From: an uncultured Gemmatimonadales bacterium
GTDB lineage: Bacteria > Gemmatimonadota > Gemmatimonadetes > Gemmatimonadales > GWC2-71-9
DNA length: 64,000 bases
Direction: 5' to 3'
Assembly: GCA_963833905.1 (NCBI GenBank)
Contig: CAWHZQ010000003.1
Span: 147,509 to 211,508 of the forward strand
The notes under the pieces are model-generated. The model was not told the DNA's origin, made no database searches, and worked only from the letters and a program-made list of their open reading frames with translations. Made by a program: the position numbers and the translations under genes. Below are positions 36,333 through 46,680 of this stretch, in pieces (the stretch's first letter is position 1; each line of letters begins with the position of its first letter).

Positions 36333-37688
36333 ATGACCACCCACGACCCCCTGCCGTCCCACGTCTTCTACCGGAAGCTGACGCGGCAATACCCGCGCAT
36401 TGTCCGGGGCGAGGGCTGCTGGCTCTACGGCGACGACGGGCGGGCCTACCTCGATGCCTCGGGCGGCGCCTTCGTCGTCAACGTGGGCCACGGGGTTCGG
36501 GAGATCGCCGCGGCGGTGGGCCGGCAGGCGGAGCGGCTGGCGTACGTGAGCGGCGCCGCGTTCACCAGCGATCCGGTCGAGGAGTTCGCCGCCGAGATCG
36601 CGCGCCGTTCCCCCGGCGACCTCGAGCTGGTCTATCCGCTCACGAGCGGGTCGGAGGCGATCGAGGCCGCGCTCAAGCTCGCCCGGCAGTACTGGGTCGA
36701 GGCCGGCCAGCCGGCGCGGCGGAAAATCCTGGCGCTCTCGCCGAGCTATCACGGCAACACCCTCCTGGCGCTCTCCGCCTCCGCCCGCGAGCACTACAAG
36801 ACCTACTTTCAGGACTGGCTCGTCGAGTTCGTCCGCGTGCCGGCGCCCTACGCCTACCGGTGTGCCTGCCGCGGCGTCCCGCCGCTCTGTCCGAGCTGCA
36901 GCGGCGAGGCGGTGGAGGCGGCGATCCTTCGCGAGGGACCCGGCACGGTCGCGGCGGTGCTGGCCGAGCCGGTCGGCGGGTCGTCGACCGGCGCGTCGGT
37001 GCCGGCGCCGGAGTACTGGCGACGCGTCCGCGCAGCCTGCGACCGCCATGGCGTCCTGCTCGTAGCCGACGAGGTCCTGACCGGGGCCGGCCGGACCGGC
37101 ACCTGGTCCGCGCTCGAGCCGTATGGGGTGGTGCCGGACATTATGACCTTGGGGAAGGGCATCGCGGGAGGATATGTCCCACTCTCGGCCGTCGTGGCCC
37201 CGCGGCGCTTGGTCGACGTGCTGGCGCGGGGCTCGGGGGCATTGCTCCATGCCCAGACGTTCTCGCATCATGCGACGCTCTGCGCGGCCGGTGTGGCCAC
37301 GCTGCGGTATCTCCGGGAGCACGCGCTCATCGAGCGGTGCGCCGCCGTCGCGCCCGCGTTTCACGCGCGCCTCGCCGCCCTTCGCGAGCTCCCTGGCGTG
37401 GGCGACGTGCGGGGGCGCGGACTGCTGGCCGGGGTCGAGTTCGTGGCCGACGCCGCGACCCGGGCGCCGTTTCCCCGCGCCGCCCACTTCGCCGAGACCT
37501 TCGCGGCGGCGGCGCTCGAGGCCGGGCTCGTGGTGTGGCCCAATGTCGGCCAGGCCGATGGCGTCAACGGCGACCTCGCCATGCTCGCCCCGCCGTTCAT
37601 CGTGACCGAGGACGAGATCGACCTCATCGTGCAGCGGTTCGGCGTGGCGCTCCGCGCCACGGTCGAACGGATCGGAGCCGTCGCGTGA
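36333..37688 (+). CDS. Class-III PLP-dependent aminotransferase (omega-aminotransferase type)
   Basis: ATG 36333 lies in ORF 36138..37688 and the gene is intact. Motifs: YHGNTLLALS, LVADEVLTGAGRTG, TLGKGIAGGYVPL (PLP Lys). Confidence 0.85.
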   Translation: MTTHDPLPSHVFYRKLTRQYPRIVRGEGCWLYGDDGRAYLDASGGAFVVNVGHGVREIAAAVGRQAERLAYVSGAAFTSDPVEEFAAEIARRSPGDLELVYPLTSGSEAIEAALKLARQYWVEAGQPARRKILALSPSYHGNTLLALSASAREHYKTYFQDWLVEFVRVPAPYAYRCACRGVPPLCPSCSGEAVEAAILREGPGTVAAVLAEPVGGSSTGASVPAPEYWRRVRAACDRHGVLLVADEVLTGAGRTGTWSALEPYGVVPDIMTLGKGIAGGYVPLSAVVAPRRLVDVLARGSGALLHAQTFSHHATLCAAGVATLRYLREHALIERCAAVAPAFHARLAALRELPGVGDVRGRGLLAGVEFVADAATRAPFPRAAHFAETFAAAALEAGLVVWPNVGQADGVNGDLAMLAPPFIVTEDEIDLIVQRFGVALRATVERIGAVA

Positions 37689-39250
37689 GCGCACCCGCCA
37701 AGATCACCTATACCTCCGCCTCCGGCGACCTCAACGAATTCCATCACCGGTTCGACGTCGCGCTCGAGGCCGTGCGCGCCGCGGCCGGCGCGCGGCACCC
37801 GTTCTACGTTGGCGGCCGCGCGGTGGACTACGGTGACGAGCCGCTGGTCGATCGCTCGCCGATCGACACCGGCCTCGTGCTGGGACGGTTCGCGGTCGCC
37901 GGGCCGGCGGACGTGGATCGCGCCGTCACCGCGGCGCACGAGGCACAGCGCGGCTGGGCCCGGCTCCCCTGGCGCGAGCGGCTCGCGATTCTCCGGCGGG
38001 CGGCCGCGCTGATCCGGGAGCGCAAGTACGAGCTGGCCGCCCTCATGAGCCTGGAGGTAGGCAAGAGTCGGCTCGAGGCCATGGGCGACGCGGAGGAATC
38101 CGCCGACCTGATCGATTACTACTGCGCGCAGGTCGAGGAGGCCGACGGCTTCGTCCGCCCGATGGGGCGGATCACGCCGGTCGAGCGGAACACCGACCTC
38201 CTTCGGCCGTATGGCGTCTTCGCCTGCATCGCGCCGTTCAACTTCCCGCTCGCGCTGTCGGCGGGAATGTCGTCGGCCGCGCTCGCGGCGGGCAACGCCG
38301 TGGTCTACAAGCCGGCGGAAGACACGCCCTGGACCGGCCTCCGGCTGTACGAGGTCTATCGGGACGCGGGGCTTCCGGCGGGCGTGTTCAACCTGATCGT
38401 GGGCCACCGGGAGGCCATCGGCGACGCGCTCTGGCAGCATCCCGGCGTCGACGGGGTCGTGTTCACCGGCTCGAAGACGGTCGGGATGCGGATCCACGCG
38501 GGCCTGGGCGCCGGGTGGATCAAGCCCTGCCTGCTCGAGCTGGGCGGCAAGAACGCGGCGATCGTCATGCCGAGCGCCGATCTCGACGCGGCGGCGGAAG
38601 GGGTGATGCGCTCGGCGTTCAGCCTGCAGAACCAGAAGTGCAGCGCCACCAGCCGGGTGTACGTCCATCACGAGGTGGCGGCCCCGTTCGTCGAGCGCCT
38701 GCTCGAGCGTACCCGCGCCATGCGCATGGGCGACCCGTCCGAGCGCGACGTCTTCTTCGGCCCGGTCATCAACGAGCGCGCGGTGGCTCGCTACGAGCGG
38801 GCCGTGGCACAGGCGCGGGCCGAGGGCGTGGTGCTGCACGGCGGTGCCCGGCTCACGGGCGGCGTGTTCGACCGCGGCCACTTCGTGGCGCCCACGGTGG
38901 CGCTGCTGCCGCTCGAGAGCTCGCTCTATCGGGAGGAGCTGTTCGTGCCGCTGCTGGCCGTAGGCGAGGTCCGGAGCCTGGATGAGGCGCTCGCCCACGC
39001 GAACGGGGTCGAGTACGGGCTCACGGCCGGCATCTTCTCCGGCGATCCCGCGGAGGTCGAGCGGTTCTTCGACGAGATCGAGGCCGGCGTGTGCTACGCG
39101 AACAAGCGCACGGGCGCCACCACGGGTGCGTGGCCGGGGGCGCAGCCGTTCTGCGGCTGGAAGGGCTCGGGGTCGACGGGGAAGGGGGGCTGCGGGCCGT
39201 ACTACGTCGCGCAGTTCACGCGGGAGCAGAGCCGGACGGTGATCGAGTAG
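37685..39250 (+). CDS. Aldehyde dehydrogenase, 1-pyrroline-5-carboxylate dehydrogenase-like
   Basis: GTG 37685 forms a GTGA overlap and the gene is intact. Motifs: APFNFPLA, LELGGKNA (Glu), FSLQNQKCSATSR (Cys), EELFVPLL. Confidence 0.85.
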   Translation: MSAPAKITYTSASGDLNEFHHRFDVALEAVRAAAGARHPFYVGGRAVDYGDEPLVDRSPIDTGLVLGRFAVAGPADVDRAVTAAHEAQRGWARLPWRERLAILRRAAALIRERKYELAALMSLEVGKSRLEAMGDAEESADLIDYYCAQVEEADGFVRPMGRITPVERNTDLLRPYGVFACIAPFNFPLALSAGMSSAALAAGNAVVYKPAEDTPWTGLRLYEVYRDAGLPAGVFNLIVGHREAIGDALWQHPGVDGVVFTGSKTVGMRIHAGLGAGWIKPCLLELGGKNAAIVMPSADLDAAAEGVMRSAFSLQNQKCSATSRVYVHHEVAAPFVERLLERTRAMRMGDPSERDVFFGPVINERAVARYERAVAQARAEGVVLHGGARLTGGVFDRGHFVAPTVALLPLESSLYREELFVPLLAVGEVRSLDEALAHANGVEYGLTAGIFSGDPAEVERFFDEIEAGVCYANKRTGATTGAWPGAQPFCGWKGSGSTGKGGCGPYYVAQFTREQSRTVIE

Positions 39251-39271
39251 CGGAGCGGAGGGGAGTCACGA

Positions 39272-39358
39272 GTCATCCTGAGGGTAGCGAAGTGAGTCAC
39301 CCTGAGCGCCGAGCGAGGCATTCCTGGTTACGCCTCCTTCGCTGCGCTCGAGGATGAC
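39272..39358. repeat. REP-like palindromic element, family A (copy A5, composite: two left half-sites and one right)
   Basis: GTCATCCTGAGGGTAGCGAAG and GTCACCCTGAGCGCCGAGCGAGGCA, followed by GCCTCCTTCGCTGCGCTCGAGGATGAC. It lies 22 nt after the upstream stop. Confidence 0.85.
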
Positions 39359-39402
39359 GACGAGACCATGAAGTACCCACATCACACGCCTACGGAGCCC
39401 CA

Positions 39403-40727
39403 GTGGCAGACTACCCCAAGATCGTCGTCCCTCCCCCCGGCCCCAAGGCCCGCGCGATCGTCGAGCGCGACGAGGCGTGGACCTCCACCTGCTACATCAA
39501 GGAGTATCCCCTCGTCGTCTCGCGAGGACAGGGCGTCATGGTGGAGGACGTCGACGGCAACCGCTATCTCGACTTCATGGCCGGGATCGCGGTGTCTCCA
39601 CCGGGTACGGGCATCCCAAGGTCGTGGCCGCCGTCAAGGACGCGGCCGACCGGTTCCTCCACATCTGCGGCTCCGATTTCTATTACGAGGGGATGGCCGT
39701 CCTGTGCGAGCGCCTGGCCCGGCTCGCGCCCGGCACGAGCAAGAAGCGCGTCTTCCTCACCAACTCCGGCACCGAGGCGGTTGAAGGCGCCATCAAGCTC
39801 GCCCGCTACGCCACCCGGCGGACTGCGATCATCGCCTTCCGGGGCGCGTTCCACGGGCGCACCACCGGCGCCGTGAGCCTCACGAGCAGCAAGGCCCGCC
39901 AGCACGCCGGCTTCGGCCCGCTGCTGCCGGACGTGCACCACATCCAGTTCGCCTACCGCTACCGCTGCCAGTGGTGCGCCGACAAGCCGGCATGCACGCG
40001 CGGCTGCCTCGACGTGCTGGAGCAGGACCTCTTCGCGCGGCACCTCGACCCGCACGACGTGGCGGCCATCTTCGTCGAGCCGATCCAGGGCGAAGGCGGG
40101 TACGTCGTCCCACCTGCCGGCTGGCTCCGCGACCTGCGCGCCATCTGCGACAAGTACGGGATCCTGCTGGTGGCCGACGAGGTGCAGTCGGGCGTCGGCC
40201 GCACGGGAAAGATGTGGGCCTGCGACCACGAGGGGGTCGAGCCCGACATCCTCCTCACCGCCAAGGGGCTCGGCTCCGGCATGCCGATCGGCGCGCTGAT
40301 CGCCAAGGAATCCGTCACCACGTGGGAGAGCGGCTCGCACGGCTCGACTTTCGGCGGGAATCCGGTCTGCTGCGCGGCCGCGCTCGCGACACTCGACCTG
40401 GTCGAGAACGGCCTCATGGCCAACGCGGTCGTCATGGGCGAGCGGCTCATGGCCGGCGTCCGGAAGCTGGCCGAGAAGCACCGCTGCATCGGCGACGTCC
40501 GCGGGGTCGGGCTGATGGTGGGCGTGGAGTTCGTGAAGGACCGCGCCACGCGCGAGCCCGCCCCGGAGATCGTCGAGCAGCTCGTCCAGGGAGCCTTCAA
40601 GCGCGGTCTCCTGCTGCTGGGCGCGGGGAAGAGCACGCTCCGTCTGGCGCCGCCGCTGGTGGTAGGCGCCGAGGACATCGACACCGCGCTGGCCATGATC
40701 GACGCCCGGTTGAGCGAGATCGCTTGA
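39403..40727 (+). CDS. 4-aminobutyrate-type class-III aminotransferase, with one frame break near 39597 (looks like a 1-nt deletion)
   Basis: Motifs: [10 protein letters not shown] then [53 protein letters not shown]. Confidence 0.85.
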
Positions 40728-41636
40728 GCCCCGGCTCGAAGGTCACCACCATGCGGGAGGCCGTCGCCGCCCACGTGCACGACGGCGACACGGTGGTGAT
40801 CGAGGGCTTCACCCACCTGATCTGCTTCGCCGCGGGCCACGAGATCATCCGGCAGCGCCGGCGCGACCTCGTCCTCTGCCGGCTCACGCCCGATCTCATC
40901 TACGATCAGATGATCGCGGCCGGCTGCGCCCGGAAGCTGGTCTTCTCGTGGGCCGGGAATCCCGGCGCGGGCTCGCTCCACGCCTTCCGCCGCGCGGTCG
41001 AAGGCAAGGGCGGCACCCGCGCTCGAGCTGGAGGAGTATTCCCACTTCGGCATGGTGGGCCGGCTCTGCGCCGGCGCGGCGCGGCTCCCGTTCTGGCCGA
41101 TGCGGAACTACATGGGCACCGACCTGCCCGCGGTCAATCCGCGCATCGCCACCGTCGAGTGCCCGTATACCGGCGAGCGGCTCGCCACCGTGCCCGCCCT
41201 CAATCCCGACGTCACCATCGTGCACGCCCAGCGCGCCGACGCGCAGGGCAACACCCAGATCTGGGGACTGCTCGGCGTGCAGAAGGAGGCGGCGTTCGCG
41301 TCGGGGCGGGTGATCGTCGTGGTCGAGGAGCTGGTGGACGAGCAGGTCATCCGCGCCGATCCCAACCGGACGCTGATTCCGGGGCTCGTGGTCGACGCGG
41401 TGGTGGTCGAGCCGTGGGGCGCGCACCCATCGTACGCGCAGGGGTATTACGACCGGGACAACGAGTTCTACGTCCAATGGGAGGCGATCTCGCGGGATCC
41501 GGCGGCGCTCGGGCGGTATCTGGACGAGTTCGTGTATGGCGTGAAGGATCGGGCTGAGTACGTCGAGCGGTGCGGCGGGCTGGAGCGGCTGCGGGCGGAC
41601 GCGCGGGTGTGCGCGGGGGTGAACTATGGGTTCTGA
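40724..41636 (+). CDS. CoA-transferase subunit A (glutaconate/3-oxoacid CoA-transferase family), with one frame break near 41010
   Basis: The start is TTG 40724 or ATG 40751. Motifs: AVAAHVHDGDTVVIEGFTHL, DVTIVHAQRADAQGNTQIWG. The C-terminus lies in ORF 41052..41636. Confidence 0.75.
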
Positions 41637-42415
41637 TGCCCACGCTGCGACCGCATGACACCCCCGCGGAGCTCATGGCCGTCGTCGCCGCGCGCGAGCT
41701 TCGCGACGGCGAAGTCGTGTTCGTCGGCATCGGGCTCCCGAACCTGGCCTGCAACCTCGCCCGCGCCACGCACGCGCCGAACCTCGTGCTGATCTACGAA
41801 TCCGGCGCCGTGGGCGCGGTGCCCGAGCGGCTGCCGGTCTCGATCGGCGATCCCTCGCTCGTGACCGGCTCGCTCATGGTGTGCGGGATGGCCGACGTGT
41901 TCCAGTCGTTCCTCCAGAACGGCCGGATCGAGGTCGGGTTCCTCGGCGGCGCCCAGATCGACCGGTACGGCAACATCAACACGACCGTCGTGGGCAGCTA
42001 CGATCATCCCGACGTCCGCCTGCCGGGGAGCGGTGGCGCCGCCGAGATCGCCATCCACGCCCGGCGCACCGTCGTCATCAGCCGGCTCAGCCGCCGGGCA
42101 TTTCCGGAGGCGGTGGATTTCGTCACCAGCCCCGGCCACCGCGCCCGGGGCGGCACCCGCCGCGAGCTGGGCATGCCCGGCGCCGGCCCCGTCAAGGTCG
42201 TGACCGACAAGGCCATCCTCGAGCCCGACGCCGACACCGGCGAGCTGGTGCTCGCGGCGCTCTATCCCGGCGTCGAGGTGGACGAAGTCCGCGCCGGCAT
42301 CGGCTGGCCGCTTCAGTGCCGCCCCGCACTCGCGTCGGTCGACCCTCCCTCCCCGGCCGAGCTGCGATTGCTCCGGGACGTGCTCGATCCCCATCGCCTC
42401 TACCTGAAGGGCTGA
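41636..42415 (+). CDS. CoA-transferase subunit B
   Basis: ATG 41636 forms an ATGA overlap and the gene is intact. Motifs: VFVGIGLPNLA, LIYESGAVG (catalytic Glu region), GGAQIDRYGNIN. Confidence 0.8.
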   Translation: MPTLRPHDTPAELMAVVAARELRDGEVVFVGIGLPNLACNLARATHAPNLVLIYESGAVGAVPERLPVSIGDPSLVTGSLMVCGMADVFQSFLQNGRIEVGFLGGAQIDRYGNINTTVVGSYDHPDVRLPGSGGAAEIAIHARRTVVISRLSRRAFPEAVDFVTSPGHRARGGTRRELGMPGAGPVKVVTDKAILEPDADTGELVLAALYPGVEVDEVRAGIGWPLQCRPALASVDPPSPAELRLLRDVLDPHRLYLKG

Positions 42416-42421
42416 CCGCCC

Positions 42422-43850
42422 ATGAGCGCCGCACCCGCTCCTCCCGCCCCCGCCGAGCCCGCGCACCCCACGCTCCCGCGTGTCCTCGGCCTCCGCGACA
42501 TGGTGCTGTTCAACATCGTCGCGGTGGTCAGCCTCCGATGGTTCGCCACGGCCGCCGCCGCGGGCCCGAGCTCGATCACGCTGTGGGTGCTCGCGGCGCT
42601 GCTGTTCTTCGTGCCGCAGGGCCTGGCGGTGAGCGACCTGGCGGCCCGCTATCCCGAGGAGGGCGGCATCTACGCGTGGACCAAGCGCGCGTTCGGCGAG
42701 GGCCACGGGTTTCTCTGCGGCTGGTGCTACTGGGTCAACAACATCCTCTACTATCCCAACCTGCTGATGTCGACGGCCGTCGTCGGCACGTACGCCATCG
42801 GTCGGGGGCAGACCGGCCTCGCCGACAACTGGGCCTACGTGCTCCCCGCCACGCTGGTGGCGCTCTGGCTGGCCGTGGCGATCAACATCGTCGGCGTGCG
42901 CACGGGACGGTGGCTGCAGAACCTCGGCGCGATCGGCACCTATCTCCCCGGCGTCCTGCTCGTCGCGCTGGGCGTGTACGCGGCGTTCACCCGGCCGGCG
43001 GCCACGCCACTCACGGCGCAATCGCTCGTGCCGGACCTCAGCGATCTCTCGGAGCTCAACCTCTGGGCCTCGATCGCCTTCGCGTTCGCCGGGCTCGAGC
43101 TGTGTGCCGTGATGGGCGGCGAGGTGAAGGATCCGCGGCGGACGCTGCCGCGCTCGATCTTCATCTCGGCGCCGCTCATTGCGTTCATCTACATCGCCGG
43201 CACGGCGGCGGTGCTCTGGCTGGTGCCGACGAAGGACGTCAACATCGTCTCGGGGTTTCTCCAGGCCGTGGCGGAAGGGGCCAAGGACATCGGGTGGGGC
43301 GCGGCCTGGCTCCCCGCGGTGGCAGCGGCGTTCTTCGTCGTCGGCAACATTGGCGGCGTCGGTGCGTGGCTCACCGGGCCGGCCCGGGTGGCATTCGTGA
43401 TCGGGCTCGACCGTTACTTCCCCCCGGCGTTCGGCAAGGTGCACCCCAAGTGGCAGACACCGTACGTCGCCATCCTCACGCAGGCCGTGCTGGCGACCGT
43501 CTTTCTTCTGCTGTCGGTGCTCGGGCGCGGCACCACCGTCGAGAAGGCGTACCTCGTCATCCTCGACACGATGCTGCTGGTCTACTTCATCCCCTACATC
43601 TACCTCTTCACCTGCTTTCTCGTGGTCCGGGTCAAGGAGCCCTCGCCGGCCAAGGGGCTGCTCGGCGAGCCGGCCAGCGGGGGTCGTGATCGGCGTCGCG
43701 GGCCTCGCGTTGACGCTGTTCGCCATGAAGATCGCGACGGTGCCGCCGAGCGGAACGGCCGATCCGCTGCTGTTCCAGCTCAAGGTCATCGGGGGCGCCG
43801 GGTTCTTCGTGGTGCTCGGGGGGCTGATCTACTGGCGGGGACGCCGGTGA
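42422..43850 (+). CDS. APC-superfamily amino-acid/polyamine permease, with one frame break near 43680
   Basis: It has 12 TM-like segments. Motifs: LGLRDMVLFNIVAVVSLRW, EEGGIYAWTKRAFG. The tail VVIGVAGLALTLFAMK...YWRGRR ends at TGA 43848-50. Confidence 0.8.
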
Positions 43851-46442
43851 GGCGTTGGCGTCTGAGCGCGCGCGCGCCCGGTCGACCGATCGGCGCGTTC
43901 GGCTTCGCTATCGGGGCGCTCGGTCTCCTCGTCGGCGCGCTTGGCCTCGTCGTCTGCGCGCTTCCAGCCGCCGCCCAGCGCGCGCCCGTCCTGCAGCAGA
44001 TCAAAGTCCGCCACCCCTACTACTACCGCGAGATGTTTGTTCCCCAGGTGACGAGCGGGCCGAGCGCGGCCGCGTGGTCACCCGACGGCACCGAGCTGGT
44101 GTACTCGATGCAGGGCTCGCTCTGGCGTCAGCGCGTAGGATCGAATGAGGCGCTCCAGCTCACCGACGGCCCCGGATATGACTATCAGCCCGACTGGTCG
44201 CCCGGACGGGCGCCGCATCGTCTACGCCTCATACCGCGACGACGCGATCGAACTTCGGCTGCTCGACCTCGCCACCCGGGAGTCGACGCAGCTCCTCGCC
44301 GGCGGCGCGGTGCACTTGGAGCCCCGCTGGTCGCCGGATGGCCGTCGGCTGGCCTTCACGTCCACGCTGTATGAAGGCCGATGGCACGTCTTCACCGCCG
44401 ATGTCACGCCGGACGGCCGGCTCGAACGGGTCGAGCGCATCAGCGAGGATCACGAGAGCGGCCTCCCGCGGTACTACTACAACACGGTGGATCACGCGCT
44501 CTCGCCGACCTGGTCGCCGGACGGGCGTGAGGTGATCGTGGTCTCGAACCGGGGCCACGTCTGGGGCTCGGGCGGCTTCTGGCGGATGGAGGCTCGCCCG
44601 GGCGGCGCGGCGCGGGAGATCCGGGACGAGGAGACGACCTGGAAGGGGCGGCCCGACTGGAGCCGCGACGGCCGCCGCGTGGTCTACAGCTCCTATCTCG
44701 GCGGCCAATGGAACCAGCTCTGGCTGATGACGCCCGACGGGTCGAATCCGCTGCAGCTGACCTACGGGGCGTTCGACGCCACCGCGCCCCGCTGGTCGTT
44801 CGACGGGCGGCACGTGGCCTACGTGTCGAACGAGGGCGGGAACACGTCGCTCTGGGTGCTCGATGTGCCGGGCGGCAAGAGGACCGCGATTCGTGCGGAG
44901 CGGCGACGACTATCGCTCGCCGGTGGGACGGCTTCGGCTCCGGGTGACGGACGCGCGCGGGGCCACGGTGCCGGCCCGGGTCTCGGTCACGGGCCCCGAC
45001 GGCCGAAGCTGGGCGCCCGATGACGGCCTGGCGCCACGCGGACGACGGCTTCGACCGGCGCGAGCGGCGCTTCGAATACGGGTATTTCCACACGACCGGG
45101 CTGGACTCGCTCACCCTGCCGGCCGGCGAGTACGCCGTCGAGGTGACGCGCGGCCCCGAGACCCGGGTCGAGCGGCGGACGATTGCCATCCGCGCCGGCC
45201 ACGACGGCGCGCTCCGGCGTCTCCCTGGCGCCGCTCGGCGACCTCGCCCGGCGCGGCTGGTACAGCGCCGACCTGCACGTGCACATGAACTACGGCGGCG
45301 CCTACCGCACCACGCCGCGCCGGCTGGCGTTCCAGGCGCGGGCGGAGGACCTCGACCTGGTCGGAGAACCTGATCGTCAACAAGGAAGGGCGCATCCCCG
45401 ACATCGAACGGCCGGTCGGCCGCGACCCGGTCTCCACCGCCACGACCGTCGTGGTGCACGATCAGGAGTATCACACCAGCGTCTGGGGCCATATCGGCCT
45501 GCTCGGGCTCCGCGATCACGTGCTGCTGCCGGGCTACGCCGGCTACGCGGCGACTGCGGCCGCCAGCCTCGCGCCGACCAATGCCGAGGTCGCGGATCTC
45601 GCGCGAGCGCAGGGCGCGCTGGTCGGCTACGTGCATCCGTTCGACAGCGACCCCGATCCCGCCGACACCACGCATCCCCTCACGGCCGAGTTCCCGGTCG
45701 ACCTGGCGCTCGGCAAAGTGGACTACTACGAGGCGCTCGGCTTCGTCGACGACCCGATGGCGACGGCGCACGTCTGGTACCGCGCGCTCAACTGCGGCTT
45801 CCGCCTGCCGGCGGGCGCGGGCACCGACGCGATGGCCAACTTCGCCTCGCTGCGCGGGCCGGTGGGGATGAACCGCGTCTACGTTCGCACCGGCGGGCGG
45901 CTCGACCAGCGGCGGCTGCTCGATTCGCTCAAGGCCGGCCGGACGTTCGCGACCAACGGCCCGCTGCTGGAGCTGACGATCGACGGACGCGGCGTGGGCG
46001 ATGAGCTCCGGCTCGGCGGATGGCACACACGAGGTCGTCGCGCGGGTGTCGCTCCGGTCGAACGTGCCGGTCGATCATCTCGAGATCGTGGGGAACGGTG
46101 AAGTCGTGAAGGAAGTGCCCCTGGCGGGCGATCGCACCCGTGCCGACGTGGAGGTCCGGCTGCCGGTGACGGCGAGTGGCTGGTTCCTGCTGCGGGCACG
46201 GAGCGATCGGGCGATCTATCCGGTGCTGGATCTGTATCCCTACGCGACGACCAGCCCGGTGTACGTGACCGTTGGCGGCAAGCCGGCTCGTTCGCCGGTG
46301 GACGCGGCGTACTTCGTGGCCTGGATCGACCGGCTGGCGGCGGCGGCGCGGGCGAATGCGGACTGGAATACGGTGGCGGAGCGGGACCATGCGCTCGGAC
46401 TTGATCGAGCAGGCGCGGGAGGAGTTCGAGCGGCGGCGCTGA
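43847..46442 (+). CDS. Secreted TolB-like beta-propeller fused to a CehA/McbA-type (PHP-like) metallohydrolase, with at least 7 frame breaks
   Basis: GTG 43847 forms a GTGA overlap and is followed by a signal peptide. WSPDG repeats occur at least 4 times. Hydrolase motifs: WYSADLHVHMNYGG, VHDQEYHTSVWGHIG, GYVHPFD, AGTDAMAN. Pieces lie in ORFs 42422.., 44145.., 44863.., 45020.., 45183.., 45451.. and 46001... Confidence 0.65.
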
Positions 46443-46503
46443 GAGTGTAGCGTGCCAGGCGCGCCGCAGCGCCGCCGTCATCCGTGCCGAACCGTCGACC
46501 CGC

Positions 46504-46680
46504 TCACACCCACTCCACCACCATCGCAATCCCCTGTCCAACCCCCATGCACATCGTCGCCAGGCCTAGCGCCGCCGCCGCGTGTGCAAGACCGCGGGTT
46601 CGGGCATCTCCCGCCTGCGTCCCGCTGCCCGGGGACCGCTGCCCAGTCGTGCCATCACCTGCAGCTGGAGAATCCGATGC
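46504..46680 (-). pseudogene. 3'-terminal remnant of a thiolase (acetyl-CoA acetyltransferase) gene
   Basis: The tail of ORF 46504..46827(-) reads ALGLATMCMGVGQGIAMVVEWV then stop. GLATMCMGVGQGIA fits the thiolase C-terminal Cys signature. An adjacent frame reads AVLHTRRRR. No thiolase-like sequence lies further upstream, where the vWA gene is encoded on the opposite (+) strand. Confidence 0.5.
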
